From the IMG/VR virus record IMGVR_UViG_3300017774_007351: a DNA stretch of 56,823 bases. One strand, 5' to 3'. The position numbers and the translations under genes were made by a program. How positions within the stretch are numbered: the stretch's first letter is position 1; every line of letters begins with the position of its first letter. The stretch is from an uncultured virus (IMG/VR IMGVR_UViG_3300017774_007351). Its lineage: Duplodnaviria > Heunggongvirae > Uroviricota > Caudoviricetes. Below are positions 1 to 10,400 of the stretch, piece after piece. The notes beneath the pieces are model-generated. The model ran no database searches, was not told the origin of the DNA, and saw only the letters and a program-made list of their open reading frames with translations.

Positions 1-2
1 CT

Positions 3-590
3 TTTGAAAATAATAGAGATAAATATTCTATTGAAGATATCAAATCTCAAATATTACAAAATGCATGTATCAAATATTATCTTGTAATGGATATAACATC
101 ATTAGATAACAAAGAACTATCAATAGTATGTAAAAAAATAAAAGAACTAAAGATACCGCCCAAATATATATCTTTTTTAATTTTGAATAACTCAAAAGGA
201 AATTCTAAAGGAAAGATAAAAACTATAGAAGAAGCCAAAATAGAAAATACTGAGTGGAAATCGCACGGCTTTATAGTTCAAATGAATAAAATGGAAGCTA
301 TTCATTTAGCTTTAGACACAAATCTAAAAAACAATAACTCACAACTATTATTATTTTATAGTCCCAGAGATATAGATAGTCTTGACGAAGATATTAATGA
401 AATTAATACCATAATAAATATTGACCAGCCAAACTTTCATGTTCTATTCAAAAAAGGAAAAGAAGATAGCATGGACGGACTTTTAATGTCATTTGACTCC
501 TATTCTTATGCGAAGGGTGAGAATCCCGATATATTAAAAGCAATATCTGATTTGGAGGGAACTATTAAGTTATCTTATGGAACCAAATAA
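3..590 (+). CDS. Hypothetical protein, probably 5'-truncated by the window edge
   Basis: The frame of the listed 87..590 ORF is open back to position 3 (FENNRDKYSIEDIKSQ...), so the true start is probably upstream of the window. Its stop overlaps the next gene. Confidence 0.7.
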   Translation, partial: FENNRDKYSIEDIKSQILQNACIKYYLVMDITSLDNKELSIVCKKIKELKIPPKYISFLILNNSKGNSKGKIKTIEEAKIENTEWKSHGFIVQMNKMEAIHLALDTNLKNNNSQLLLFYSPRDIDSLDEDINEINTIINIDQPNFHVLFKKGKEDSMDGLLMSFDSYSYAKGENPDILKAISDLEGTIKLSYGTK

Positions 591-1254
591 GATAAATGCT
601 ATTATTATAGCAACAGAAATTACTAAAGGAATGAAGTCTGTTGGACCAAAATCTTTGCTGCAAATTAAGAAAACTTTATCCGTTATAGAGTATCAAATTC
701 TTGAGCTTAAAAAATGCTATAAAGAAATTAGTATTAATATCTCAATAGGTTTTGAGTCTGAACGAATGATTAAAGCATTATCTCAATACGATGTTAATCT
801 TATAATTAACAAAGAATTTAAAACAACTAATCAGGTCAAATCTATAGTTGACTGTGTTGAGGAAGCTGAAATTAAAAATCTGTTAGTGATAAATAATGGG
901 GTTCTATTTAAAAAATCATTTGGTGAAGTTTGCGACACATCATCGTCTGCTATCTATATTCTTGATAAAAGTAAACCAGACTTTAACATAGGATGTCAGA
1001 CATCAAGCGACACAACATATCTTTTTTATGATTTACCAGAAAAGTGGAGCGAATGTGTGTTTTTGAATTATGATGCAATTACTAAAATAAAAGATATAGC
1101 AAAAAACAAAAATATTACACAGCTCTATGTCTTTGAGCTAGTTAATATGCTGATAGATAATGACTATCGTTTTGAAAAAATAAAGATACCCAAAAACAGT
1201 ATAATGAAAATAACAGGAATTAAGGATCTTCAACGAGCGAAAGTATTTATATGA
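577..1254 (+). CDS. Sugar/phosphocholine nucleotidyltransferase-like protein (NTP-transferase fold, degenerate motifs)
   Basis: N-terminal 'AIIIATEITKGMKSVGPKSLLQI' aligns with the 'AIILAAGxGxRM..PKxLL' signature. 'LIINKEFKTTNQVKSI' resembles the LicC-type 'N..y..tN...S' motif. The GxG and GD motifs are not intact. Confidence 0.6.
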   Translation: MEPNKINAIIIATEITKGMKSVGPKSLLQIKKTLSVIEYQILELKKCYKEISINISIGFESERMIKALSQYDVNLIINKEFKTTNQVKSIVDCVEEAEIKNLLVINNGVLFKKSFGEVCDTSSSAIYILDKSKPDFNIGCQTSSDTTYLFYDLPEKWSECVFLNYDAITKIKDIAKNKNITQLYVFELVNMLIDNDYRFEKIKIPKNSIMKITGIKDLQRAKVFI

Positions 1255-1967
1255 AATTTTTTGTGCAAGAGCTGGATGATAAGTTTATTAACAATACGAT
1301 CATATCTTTAAGACGCATGGGGCACGAAGTTTTGTCCCGTCCTATTTCTGATGACTTATATAGAACATACTATAAATTTAAGTTTGATCACGCCATATTT
1401 GTATCCTCTCTATTTAATATGGAAATAGCTCAATTCATATCTGAGTTTCATTCTAAAGACATTAAATTCTTTATTTATCATAATGAAAAAGAAATTAACC
1501 TAGATATACTCACACACTTCAACCAAGCCTGCACAAATCTATCGTTAATTAAACATAAGCAATGCATTCAAATCCCATCTTTAGTTAATGATTATATCTA
1601 TGTTAATACAAAAAAAAAGAAACGAGACCACATTTCATGCTTTATAGACCAACTAGATAATATACCAGAAGAATTGGAAGAGCACCTATATCCAAACTCT
1701 AAACTCAAAATAAGACTATTTAACAACCATAGAATAAAACACCATCAGAATCTTGGAATGTTAAATGAGTTTACTAAACCAGAAATTTTAAATGAGTCAG
1801 AATATTTTCTATCGATAGACAACTATTATTCCAACGAGGCTTTAAATTGTGGCTGTAAGGTAATATCTATTTCTGATCTTAAAAATCTAAAATCAAAAAC
1901 TAAAATAAAAAATAGTAAGAAAAAAACAACAACATACAAAAACTTTATAGAATCAAACTTAATATGA
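1251..1967 (+). CDS. Glycosyltransferase (GT-B)-like hypothetical protein
   Basis: 'SLRRMGHEV' at the N-terminus and 'EILNESEYFL...EALNCGCKVI' resemble the GT-B/GT4 'EAma.G.pVI' motif. ATGA overlap with the preceding gene. Confidence 0.5.
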   Translation: MKFFVQELDDKFINNTIISLRRMGHEVLSRPISDDLYRTYYKFKFDHAIFVSSLFNMEIAQFISEFHSKDIKFFIYHNEKEINLDILTHFNQACTNLSLIKHKQCIQIPSLVNDYIYVNTKKKKRDHISCFIDQLDNIPEELEEHLYPNSKLKIRLFNNHRIKHHQNLGMLNEFTKPEILNESEYFLSIDNYYSNEALNCGCKVISISDLKNLKSKTKIKNSKKKTTTYKNFIESNLI

Positions 1968-2434
1968 AAACAAAAGAAATACAAAACAAAGATATCGGAT
2001 TTGTTCTATTAAAATTAGATGCTAGTATTTCAGGAATTGCAGAACCACTATTGGATATTTCTAGAAATAGACCATATGATCAAGTTTGCATATTCAGTAG
2101 CACGGTAGATGGTTGGCCTGATGGAAGACTGCCCATATTTCATCTGAATGAAATGAAGTATTTTTTTGGATCTTTATTTCTTTTTGATCTACCTTCATTG
2201 ATCTTAACAAAAGATTGTCCTAATCTAATTCATAGGTATTTTTATGCCACTAATATTCCATGGGCAGAGAATCCTATCACACAATATGAAGATTGGAAGG
2301 ATATGCTTTCTCAGCCTAACCTTGAAATTGTTGCAAAAAACCAAAACATTAGTGACATATACGAAATTTGTTGGAAAAAACCCATAGCAACTATACCAGA
2401 GCTAAACTATGAATCATTATCCAAAATCATTTGA
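1964..2434 (+). CDS. Hypothetical protein, possibly a glycosyltransferase N-terminal-lobe-like fragment
   Basis: 156-aa ORF in a tightly overlapping operon with an alpha/beta pattern. The function is inferred only weakly, from context. Confidence 0.4.
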   Translation: MKTKEIQNKDIGFVLLKLDASISGIAEPLLDISRNRPYDQVCIFSSTVDGWPDGRLPIFHLNEMKYFFGSLFLFDLPSLILTKDCPNLIHRYFYATNIPWAENPITQYEDWKDMLSQPNLEIVAKNQNISDIYEICWKKPIATIPELNYESLSKII

Positions 2435-3212
2435 TAAACTAAATAGTAAAGAAAAACACTCCATCCTAGAAGACTTATATCTGAATCAAAAAAAGAGTTT
2501 TGCAGATATAGCTGCTGAGCTTGATACTTATCCGAATAAGATTAGAAGAGAGATATTAACTCTAAAAATTCCAATTAGAGACAAATCTGATGCCCAAAAG
2601 AATGCTCTAAAATCGGGAAAACACAAGCATCCGACTAAAGGACAGAATAGATCAGAGGATACTAAGAATAAAATTGGTGTTGGAGTGATGAAGTCTTGGG
2701 ACTCTTTAGATGAAGACTCATTAAATCAAAGAAAATTAAAAGCAAAAGAGGCTTGGGACAAACTAGACGAAGAATCAAAGCAAAATATGATAAAACTAGC
2801 TAATGATGCTGTTAGAGCAACTTCAAAAACAGGATCAAAATTAGAAAAATTCGTATTCAATAAGTTACTAGAGGATGGATATAAGGTAGAATTTCACAAA
2901 GAGCAAAGCTTACTAAATACCAAGTTGCAAATCGACCTGTTTCTTCCTACCATGAACATAGCTATAGAGATTGACGGGCCTTCTCACTTTCTTCCAGTTT
3001 GGGGAGAGGATGCTCTTCAAAAGAATATTAATTATGACCAAAAAAAAGAAGGACTCATTTTAGGTAAAGGGTTAATGCTTATCAGGATTAAGCAAACCAA
3101 GGATTTTTCTAAGACCAGATCAACACAAATGTACTCTGTGCTCAAAGAGCTTTTAGATAATATATCAAACAAAAAAACAAATCAAGAACGTAACTTTACA
3201 ATAGAGGATTAA
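2409..3212 (+). CDS. HTH + NUMOD3 + DUF559/Vsr-like (EDxHD-type) endonuclease, homing-endonuclease-like
   Basis: N-terminal HTH-like 'SFADIAAELDTYPNKIRREI', NUMOD3-like 'HPTKGQNRSEDTKNKIG', and C-terminal 'SKLE...QIDLFLPTMNIAIEIDGPSHF...DQKK...GLMLIRI'. Confidence 0.75.
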   Translation: MNHYPKSFDKLNSKEKHSILEDLYLNQKKSFADIAAELDTYPNKIRREILTLKIPIRDKSDAQKNALKSGKHKHPTKGQNRSEDTKNKIGVGVMKSWDSLDEDSLNQRKLKAKEAWDKLDEESKQNMIKLANDAVRATSKTGSKLEKFVFNKLLEDGYKVEFHKEQSLLNTKLQIDLFLPTMNIAIEIDGPSHFLPVWGEDALQKNINYDQKKEGLILGKGLMLIRIKQTKDFSKTRSTQMYSVLKELLDNISNKKTNQERNFTIED

Positions 3213-3213
3213 A

Positions 3214-3939
3214 ATGGCTAAGAAAAAGGAAGAGGTAGTTGTGGAGACTAGTGAGACTGTTGTTGAGAAGAAGATTGTCACACCTAATGATCTCGATTGG
3301 ACTGATCATGTTCTGGGTTTGTTAAGTGATGATGAAAAAATTAGTGGAAATCCTACAACAGATGGATTAAGGCGTATTTTTGAAGTAGCATTAAATTGTA
3401 GGGTAATTGCCTCAACCAGTAATGTTGTCCAATCTCCAGACCCAAATAACGAAAAAAGAGCCACCGTTATTCACTCTCTCACCTATGTTTTAAATGTTGA
3501 GCCTCGTGACAGGCCAGAATTAAATACTGTGACTGTGGATGGTGCTGCGGACGTTTATTGGGGTAATTGCGACAAGATTTATCGTAATCATCCTGTGGCT
3601 GTTGCAGAAACCCGAGCAGAGGGTCGAGCTTTAAGAAGGGCTTTAAAGCTTAGGAAGGTGGTTGCAGCAGAAGAACTATCTAAGGATATTGAGGACCACC
3701 CTGATCAGGATTCAGTATCTAAAATTACTAATAATCAGATTAATTTCATTGACGTTATGGCCAAAAGACTTAATATAAACGTAACCAAACTACTTGAAGA
3801 TAACAACCTAGAATCCAAAAATATCTATGTTCTATCTCATGAAGATGCGGTTGCAATTATTAGGCTGCTTTCCTCCTATCAACAGAATATGGAGAATATT
3901 GCAGAAAGTATTTTAGGCTATAACAATGAATGGAAATAA
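3214..3939 (+). CDS. Putative single-strand annealing protein (Rad52/Sak-like)
   Basis: 'VAETRAEGRALRRAL' matches the 'ETxAxGRAL' helix of phage Rad52/Sak-family SSAPs. C-terminal 'ITNNQINFI...A..II..L' helical domain. GAGG RBS upstream. Confidence 0.55.
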   Translation: MAKKKEEVVVETSETVVEKKIVTPNDLDWTDHVLGLLSDDEKISGNPTTDGLRRIFEVALNCRVIASTSNVVQSPDPNNEKRATVIHSLTYVLNVEPRDRPELNTVTVDGAADVYWGNCDKIYRNHPVAVAETRAEGRALRRALKLRKVVAAEELSKDIEDHPDQDSVSKITNNQINFIDVMAKRLNINVTKLLEDNNLESKNIYVLSHEDAVAIIRLLSSYQQNMENIAESILGYNNEWK

Positions 3940-4271
3940 ATATGAAAGTAGTATATAAGGCTAATGATAAGTTGCAATTTGAGCTTGAAGGTTCTGGACA
4001 AAAAGAAGTCTTTAAAGAACTAGCCATGATTCAGGAAATCTTCTCTGAGGAGAAGTGCGGGGTCTGTGGTTGTGGAAATATCAAGTTTGTGGTCAGAAAC
4101 GTAGACGCTAATGACTACTATGAACTAAGATGCACAGATTCAAAGTGTGGAGCTACTCTCTCCTTTGGTCAGCATAAAAAGGGTGGTACATTATTCCCCA
4201 AGCGCAAGGACGACGAAAACACCTACCTTCCAAATAAGGGTTGGCATAAGTGGGTTAAAGATAAGTCTTAA
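3930..4271 (+). CDS. Zn-ribbon protein (CxxC...CxxxxC), possibly nucleic-acid binding; start may be ATG at 3942
   Basis: 'KCGVCGC' and 'RCTDSKCG' motifs, aromatic/basic C-terminus 'KGWHKW'. Lies directly after the putative SSAP. Confidence 0.55.
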   Translation: MEINMKVVYKANDKLQFELEGSGQKEVFKELAMIQEIFSEEKCGVCGCGNIKFVVRNVDANDYYELRCTDSKCGATLSFGQHKKGGTLFPKRKDDENTYLPNKGWHKWVKDKS

Positions 4272-4594
4272 TTGACTATCTTAGCCCATTTTCCAATCGG
4301 ACATTCTTCATTTTTATGAGATAGTTTATTGTTAAATATTCTATCTCTAGTTAAAGAACATCCGCACTTAGAGCAAGAATTGTTCTGGTAAAAATCACAA
4401 CTAGAACATATTCTATGTCTATCTTCTATCTGCTCCTGTGTGCATAACATCTCAGGATTATTGCTCTTTTGTTTAGAACAAACAAATATTGGCATCTCAA
4501 TCTGAACCTCAAGAGCTTCTATTGTTAGGTTGCAATTTATGCACCTAAATATCTTACCGTCTTGTGTTATAAATTCACATAAATTTTCCATCAT
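4268..4594 (-). CDS. Small Cys-rich protein (DUF6171-like), last gene of the virion operon
   Basis: 'RHRICSSC...CSKCGC...CPIGKW' pattern, GGAG RBS upstream. Its stop overlaps (TTAA) the convergent 3930..4271 stop. Confidence 0.6.
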   Translation of the reverse strand: MMENLCEFITQDGKIFRCINCNLTIEALEVQIEMPIFVCSKQKSNNPEMLCTQEQIEDRHRICSSCDFYQNNSCSKCGCSLTRDRIFNNKLSHKNEECPIGKWAKIVN

Positions 4595-4613
4595 ATTTCT
4601 CCATATAAAGTAA

Positions 4614-7442
4614 TTAACCAGCAGACGAAGGTGCCGGTGGTGTTCTAGCTATAGTAGTATTAGAGTTACAGGCGGCAGAAGGCTCAATCCATATGTACAT
4701 ACCTCTAGGTTTAGGTAGTTTTTTAGCAAAACCTAATTGAGCTAGTGAGTCTCCCGGGCAAGCATCAAATGACGGTATTTCAGATTCGGGATCAGAACTA
4801 AGATAACAAACAATAATAAGATCTCTTGTTGTAATAAAACCTTCGCACAATGCTCTAGAAATTGTCGGCGTAGGTGTGCTGGTTGGACGAGGGGTTCGTG
4901 TTTTAGTAGCAGTCGGTGTAACCGAGGATGTTTTACTAATGGTTGGTGTCGGAGTTCCTGTTCTTGTTCGTGTTGGGGTTGGAGTTCTTGTTGTTGTCGG
5001 AGTTGGAGTTTGAGTTGCGGTTGTTGTTGGGGTTGGGGTTGTAGTTTCTGTTGGTGTGGGAGTTGGGGTTGGTGTTCTTGTTTCTGTAACCGACGGTGTT
5101 GGTGTGTTTGTTCTAGTAACAGATGGTGTCGGGGTTAGAGTTGGTGTTTTTGTTGGGGTCGGTGTTGCGGTACATGTGGGGGTTGGACTATAGGTGGGAG
5201 TTAAGGTAGGAGTTGTTGTGACTGTTGGTGTAGGAGTTCCTGTGCGGGTTTGGGTACGAGTATTGGTTGGGGTTTTTGTTGCTGTTTTGGTTGGGGTTGA
5301 GGTATTTGTAACTGTTTTAGTTGGGGTTGGGGTGTTCGTAACTGTTTTGGTCGGAGTTTGAGTTCTTGTGGCTGTTTTAGTTGGAGTGTGGGTATTTGTG
5401 ACTGTTTTAGTCGGAGTTTGGGTATTTGTAACCGTTGGGGTTGGTGTTGATGTAGTTGTGGGTGTGGGTGTCGCAGATTGAGTTGGGGTGACTGTTGGTG
5501 TTAATGTTGGGGTTTCAGATATTGTTGGTGTTGGAGTGGGGGTGTCTGTTATATGATAACTTAAAGATTGTAAATAATCAATAATAGTATTAATAGGAAT
5601 ATCTAAAGACAAACTAATTTCTTCCAGAGTTAAAAAGCTTAATATTCCAACATCCTGCACATTAGTTGCTAAATACATCCATAGTATAGCATATCTTTGT
5701 GCTGGAGTTAATATAACAAGTTTTGTAGAAGATGGAGTTAATGATATTGTTGGAGTATTGGTTGATGTTCTTGTTTGGCTTGGAGTTGGTTTAGGAATAG
5801 ATGTACTAGTTGGTGTTTTTGTTGACGTTTTTGTTGGGGTTTGAGTAGGGGTAGGAGTCGATGTGTCTGTTGGAGTTGGTGTTGGTGTGGCGGAGCTAGT
5901 TGATGTTGGTGTTGGAGTAACAGTGTCTGTCGGTGTTGGAGTTGGAGTAACGGTATCGGTGGGTGTAGGTGTTGGAGTAGCTGTGTCTGTTGGTGTTGGC
6001 GTTGGCGTTACTGACTCAGTTGGGGTTGGTGTTTGTGTTGGTGGCTCAGTTGGTGTTGGGGTTAAGGTTGATGTTTCTGTTATTGTTGGCGTTGGAGTTT
6101 CGGTTGGTGTCCTAGTGGGAGTAGAAGTGGGTGTTACTGTTCGTGTGTTAGTTACACTAGGCGTTGGAGTTACTGTGCGAGTTTGAGTTGGTGTTCTAGT
6201 TTGAGTTGGTGTAGGAGAGCGTGTTCGTGTTTGAGTTTTTGTTGGAGTGTGTGTTCGTGTTGGGGTCGGTGAGCTGGTCTTTGTTGGTGTTTTAGTTTTT
6301 GTTGGGGTACGACTTGGAGTTGGGTCGGGAGTGCGAGTCATGGAGACGGTAGCACTGGGGGTCCGCGAAGGCGTTTGTGTCGGAGTTTTGGTTACACTAA
6401 GTGCTCTTCCTCTGGCATTTTTTAAAATCTTAATAGAAATTTTTGCTCTATCCTCCTCTGGTAGTATTAGTTCGTATTTTAAAAACCCATTAACTATTGG
6501 AACCAATGCCAATATTCCTTCTCTAGGATTTGCAATAAAGATAGGATTATATATTCTACCATCACCTTTTATTCTTAATCTTCTAGACCTATCATAACTT
6601 GGGGTTGGAGTGCGTGTAGTTGTGTGGGTTGGGGTTGGGGTTGCTGTACGAGTTCTGGTAGGTGTAGCTGTGGGTGTTCTGGTCCTTGTCGCGGTTGGGG
6701 TGGATGTGGAGCTTTCTGTTATTGATGGTGTTGGAGTTCTTGTTTCTGTAATAGTGGGAGTTGGAGTTCTTGTTTCTGTAACTGATGGTGTTTGTGTTCT
6801 TGTTCTAGTAACAGATGGTGTTGGTGTTTGTGTTGATGTTACTGTTGGAGTCGGTGTTAAGGTTGGGGTTGGTGATATAGTTGGAGTTACAGTCGGCGTT
6901 GTTGTTTGAGTGGATGTATTAGAAGGAGTATTAGTGACTGTTTTGGTCGGAGTACGGGTCGGAGTACGACTTATTGTTGGAGTTCTAGTCCTAGTTGGGG
7001 TTCTTGTTAGGGTATGAGTTGGTGTTGGAGTTTTTGTGGCTGTTCTTGTTGGTGTTTGAGTTTTTGTAGCTGTTTTTGTTGGGGTTGGAGTTTTTGTGGC
7101 TGTTCTTGTTGGTGTTTGAGTTTGTGTAGCTGTTCTTGTCGGTGTTGTGGTGGTTGTTGGTGTCGTTGTAGTTGTGGGAGTAGGTGTGGGGGTTGGGGTG
7201 ATTGTGGCTGTTTTGGAAATAGTTGGAGTTAGTGGAGGTGTCGTGGTAGGTGTTGGGGTTGCAGATGTTGTTGGTGTTGGACTAGGACGAATAATAGCAA
7301 TAGGTAAATATACTTCTAGGCTTTGCTCTTCTGAAAGAGAAATCCCTAAAGTATTTGCTATCTGTTGAGATGAGTAATTCTGTTCCTTTAAATAAGAAAT
7401 AGCATACAACAGAATAAGTTGTTCTTCTGTAAAATCACTCAT
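4614..7442 (-). CDS. Mucin-like Thr/Pro-rich virion-associated protein (942 aa)
   Basis: Three long (TP)n tracts separated by short non-repetitive domains. ATGA overlap with the upstream 2267-aa gene. Confidence 0.75.
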   Translation of the reverse strand: MSDFTEEQLILLYAISYLKEQNYSSQQIANTLGISLSEEQSLEVYLPIAIIRPSPTPTTSATPTPTTTPPLTPTISKTATITPTPTPTPTTTTTPTTTTTPTRTATQTQTPTRTATKTPTPTKTATKTQTPTRTATKTPTPTHTLTRTPTRTRTPTISRTPTRTPTKTVTNTPSNTSTQTTTPTVTPTISPTPTLTPTPTVTSTQTPTPSVTRTRTQTPSVTETRTPTPTITETRTPTPSITESSTSTPTATRTRTPTATPTRTRTATPTPTHTTTRTPTPSYDRSRRLRIKGDGRIYNPIFIANPREGILALVPIVNGFLKYELILPEEDRAKISIKILKNARGRALSVTKTPTQTPSRTPSATVSMTRTPDPTPSRTPTKTKTPTKTSSPTPTRTHTPTKTQTRTRSPTPTQTRTPTQTRTVTPTPSVTNTRTVTPTSTPTRTPTETPTPTITETSTLTPTPTEPPTQTPTPTESVTPTPTPTDTATPTPTPTDTVTPTPTPTDTVTPTPTSTSSATPTPTPTDTSTPTPTQTPTKTSTKTPTSTSIPKPTPSQTRTSTNTPTISLTPSSTKLVILTPAQRYAILWMYLATNVQDVGILSFLTLEEISLSLDIPINTIIDYLQSLSYHITDTPTPTPTISETPTLTPTVTPTQSATPTPTTTSTPTPTVTNTQTPTKTVTNTHTPTKTATRTQTPTKTVTNTPTPTKTVTNTSTPTKTATKTPTNTRTQTRTGTPTPTVTTTPTLTPTYSPTPTCTATPTPTKTPTLTPTPSVTRTNTPTPSVTETRTPTPTPTPTETTTPTPTTTATQTPTPTTTRTPTPTRTRTGTPTPTISKTSSVTPTATKTRTPRPTSTPTPTISRALCEGFITTRDLIIVCYLSSDPESEIPSFDACPGDSLAQLGFAKKLPKPRGMYIWIEPSAACNSNTTIARTPPAPSSAG
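7021..7140. repeat. 60-bp tandem duplication inside the Thr/Pro-rich CDS
   Basis: 7021-7080 and 7081-7140 differ at 4 of 60 positions, on an underlying 30-bp (10-aa) periodicity. Confidence 0.85.
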
Positions 7443-10400
7443 GGTTCAATAATCGGTTTGTTAAAATATTCATACGGTATCCATTCCCACATTTCCTTAG
7501 CATTAGCCAGTTTTGTATTTTTATTTTCTACCCCATCTACACTGCCAAAAAATCCTCTAAAAATCATTTCATTTTGAAGTTTATAAAAATCTGGTGGTTC
7601 TATTTGTTGTCCATAAAAAGGATCGCCATCTAGTACTGGCTGATCATCATTAAATCCAAAACATTGCCACACACAAAAATTATTATATACGCGTCCATTA
7701 GGACTAGGGACTATATTTTTTCCCAAGTTACCATTATAATCATAATTATATACCTCATAGGTAGGATCAATTGTTTTTATTTTTCTGGGTATATTTTTAA
7801 ATTTTATGTAAACACTATTATCGGAATCTAAATTGAACACATCTTTAACCTTATAAGATGTTGCTACTGGATTTTTCGGTAATTCATAAGACTCTACAAC
7901 TGTAACTAAAATATCTTTAGCATCAACACCAGATCCATTTTCTCCTTTACATAATATAAAAAAGCTCTTATAAAAATTATCAGTAATCCATTCAGTTATA
8001 GTTGGATATTTGGCTTTTTCTTCTGCTATTTTTTCAGCAGATATCGTATATGTCATGGATACTGGATCTTGTTTAATATTTTCGTCAGTTCCTGATGCTA
8101 TTTCTCTAACTACATTAGTATTACTTCCACAAACAGGATTACATTCTGCATATATAAAATTACCAACAACAGGAGTACACGTATATGTTACTGTCTTTAA
8201 AATCTTAATAGAAGCTTCTTCTGTTACAGAACAAGTCTGTTCTTTATCTATATTAATCCAATAATAGTCTTTATCTTGTATTGTAATTGTTACTGGCTGA
8301 TTGGGCATGGCTTGCTGTAAACGAGCAAACTCTTGTTCTGTTAATTCCAATATATCCATCACTTCTGCATCGGTTTTTCCTTGGCTATTAAGTTCAAAAT
8401 ATTGATCAAGATGCGCAACCTCCTGATCTGTTAAAGTATCATCTATATTAGTCATAGTAATGTTTTTATATGCCCATGCATTAGATGAAGAAGAATTAGC
8501 AATAATATTTAAAATGGTATTTTTTTCATTTGTAAGAGCTTTAATGTCCTGAGATTTATTTTGCTTAGGACACTCTGTGCATTTTTCAGGGTCGCTCGGC
8601 ATATTATTATATTCGCCCTGAGATATTGTTATATTTTTATTTATTATTTTTACTCTAACTCTAAGAATTCCTTTTTTCTTTTCGCTTAGATGATATAAAA
8701 CATTATTAACAATATAATCATTTTCAATAATAATTTCACCGCTATCTGCTATTGTTTTAAATTTATCTGATTTTAAATCCATAAATAATGGGTTTTGGTT
8801 ATCATGAGATATTGTTACCTTAGAAGCTATCATCGCTTTAATTTTATCTAATTCTACTTTATCTATTATGTTTTGATCAACTAATATAGTATCATTATCT
8901 AAATTAAAATCATATAAAGAGTATGAATAACCAACTAGTAGATTGTTCTTTGTATCTGTGTCTGGATTAAAAGTTAAAACAGTAACAGACTGGTCTATAG
9001 CAGAGGTTATTATTGTTGAATTATACCTTATTCTGCTGCTATCGATATTATTAAATATTGTGGTAGTTTCATCTATAGAATTATTTTTAAATCCTATGCG
9101 ATCAAATGTTTCTGGTTCCAGAAAAGACGATCCAGTTCCTAAAGAACCTTCTCCCCATAAGGATGGATGTTTATCTATTTGAAAATTTAAGGCTCTATCT
9201 TCTGCTGTTTTATTTAAACTCCATTTACCCACAGGAATATTATCATTAGCTGTAATATGATCTTTATAAATTAATATGCTATTAGCTTGAGTATCAGATT
9301 TAGATATTATGCCACCATTAACGTCTATCGGAGAAGATACCGTTAAAACTGTTTTATAGTGTCCATCAATCAATAACAGCGCTTTATCAATAATAGTATT
9401 AGCTGCCGAATCTATCAGAACACTCTCTGTTTTATCAAAGAAATAATATGCTCTGGCCCCATCAACTATTATCAATTGTCTACTCAGAACATATGGCTTA
9501 CTCAACGTGGTATTATTAATACACTTATTAACTGCTAAAAATTTAGGAGAATTTAAATTTGGCGCAAGTGTCCAACCACCAACACTAACAGAATATATAT
9601 CATTAACTGTTCCATTATTTACTTTTACTAAATCTCCTTCTTTTAGAATTAATACTGTTTTAGTTGTGTAAAAAGTACTAGGACTAATAATTGATAGTCC
9701 AGATAATCCTTGGCCGGGATCTATTATTGTCGCAACAATATCATTTTGATTAATTATTTCTGATATGCTTTGTATCTTTTTGAAATTAAATTTTCCTAAA
9801 AATAGATTCTTTTTAAGCTTCAAGTACTTATATTTATTAGCTTTGAGTACTGGACAATTGTCGTACTTAAAAATTGGTACCTCCATATGGAACCACTGTC
9901 TTTTATCCTTGCTAGCTAAAATTACAGCTTTATCTGCCGTTCCAAATCCTCCATTATAAACGGGTTGAAAATATTTAGCTTCTAACTCTCTTTGTTGCGT
10001 TTGATATTTAATATCTAGGAACATATTTACAATTGGATCACCTCTACCTCCAGCACTCAATCTTGCTTGTAGTTCAAAAATCGCTAGCAAACCTCCAACA
10101 ATAGTAAAAAACGGAACGAAAAACATAAAACCGTGTGGATATTCAATTTTTACATAATTCATCAATCTTCCAGATTCTGAGTCATCTACATATCTACAAG
10201 AGTTAACATTAGAGATATAGGGAAATGGAGCATTAAGATTAATCGGGGGAATCATGTATTTTTTATCCGTTAGGTCTGCTATCAAACTATAGCCACTATA
10301 ACTAACCGCTGAATTATCATAATTAATATATCCTAAGACATCATCAGCAACAAACTTTTTAGTATCTGATGTATGAACTATTAATTCCCAACTACATAAG

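Noticed and set aside
5863..7368. + strand ORFs rich in Val-Gly or Cys-Trp repeats
   Set aside because: Antisense shadows of the Thr/Pro codons of 4614..7442. The same applies to those opposite 24144..27491.
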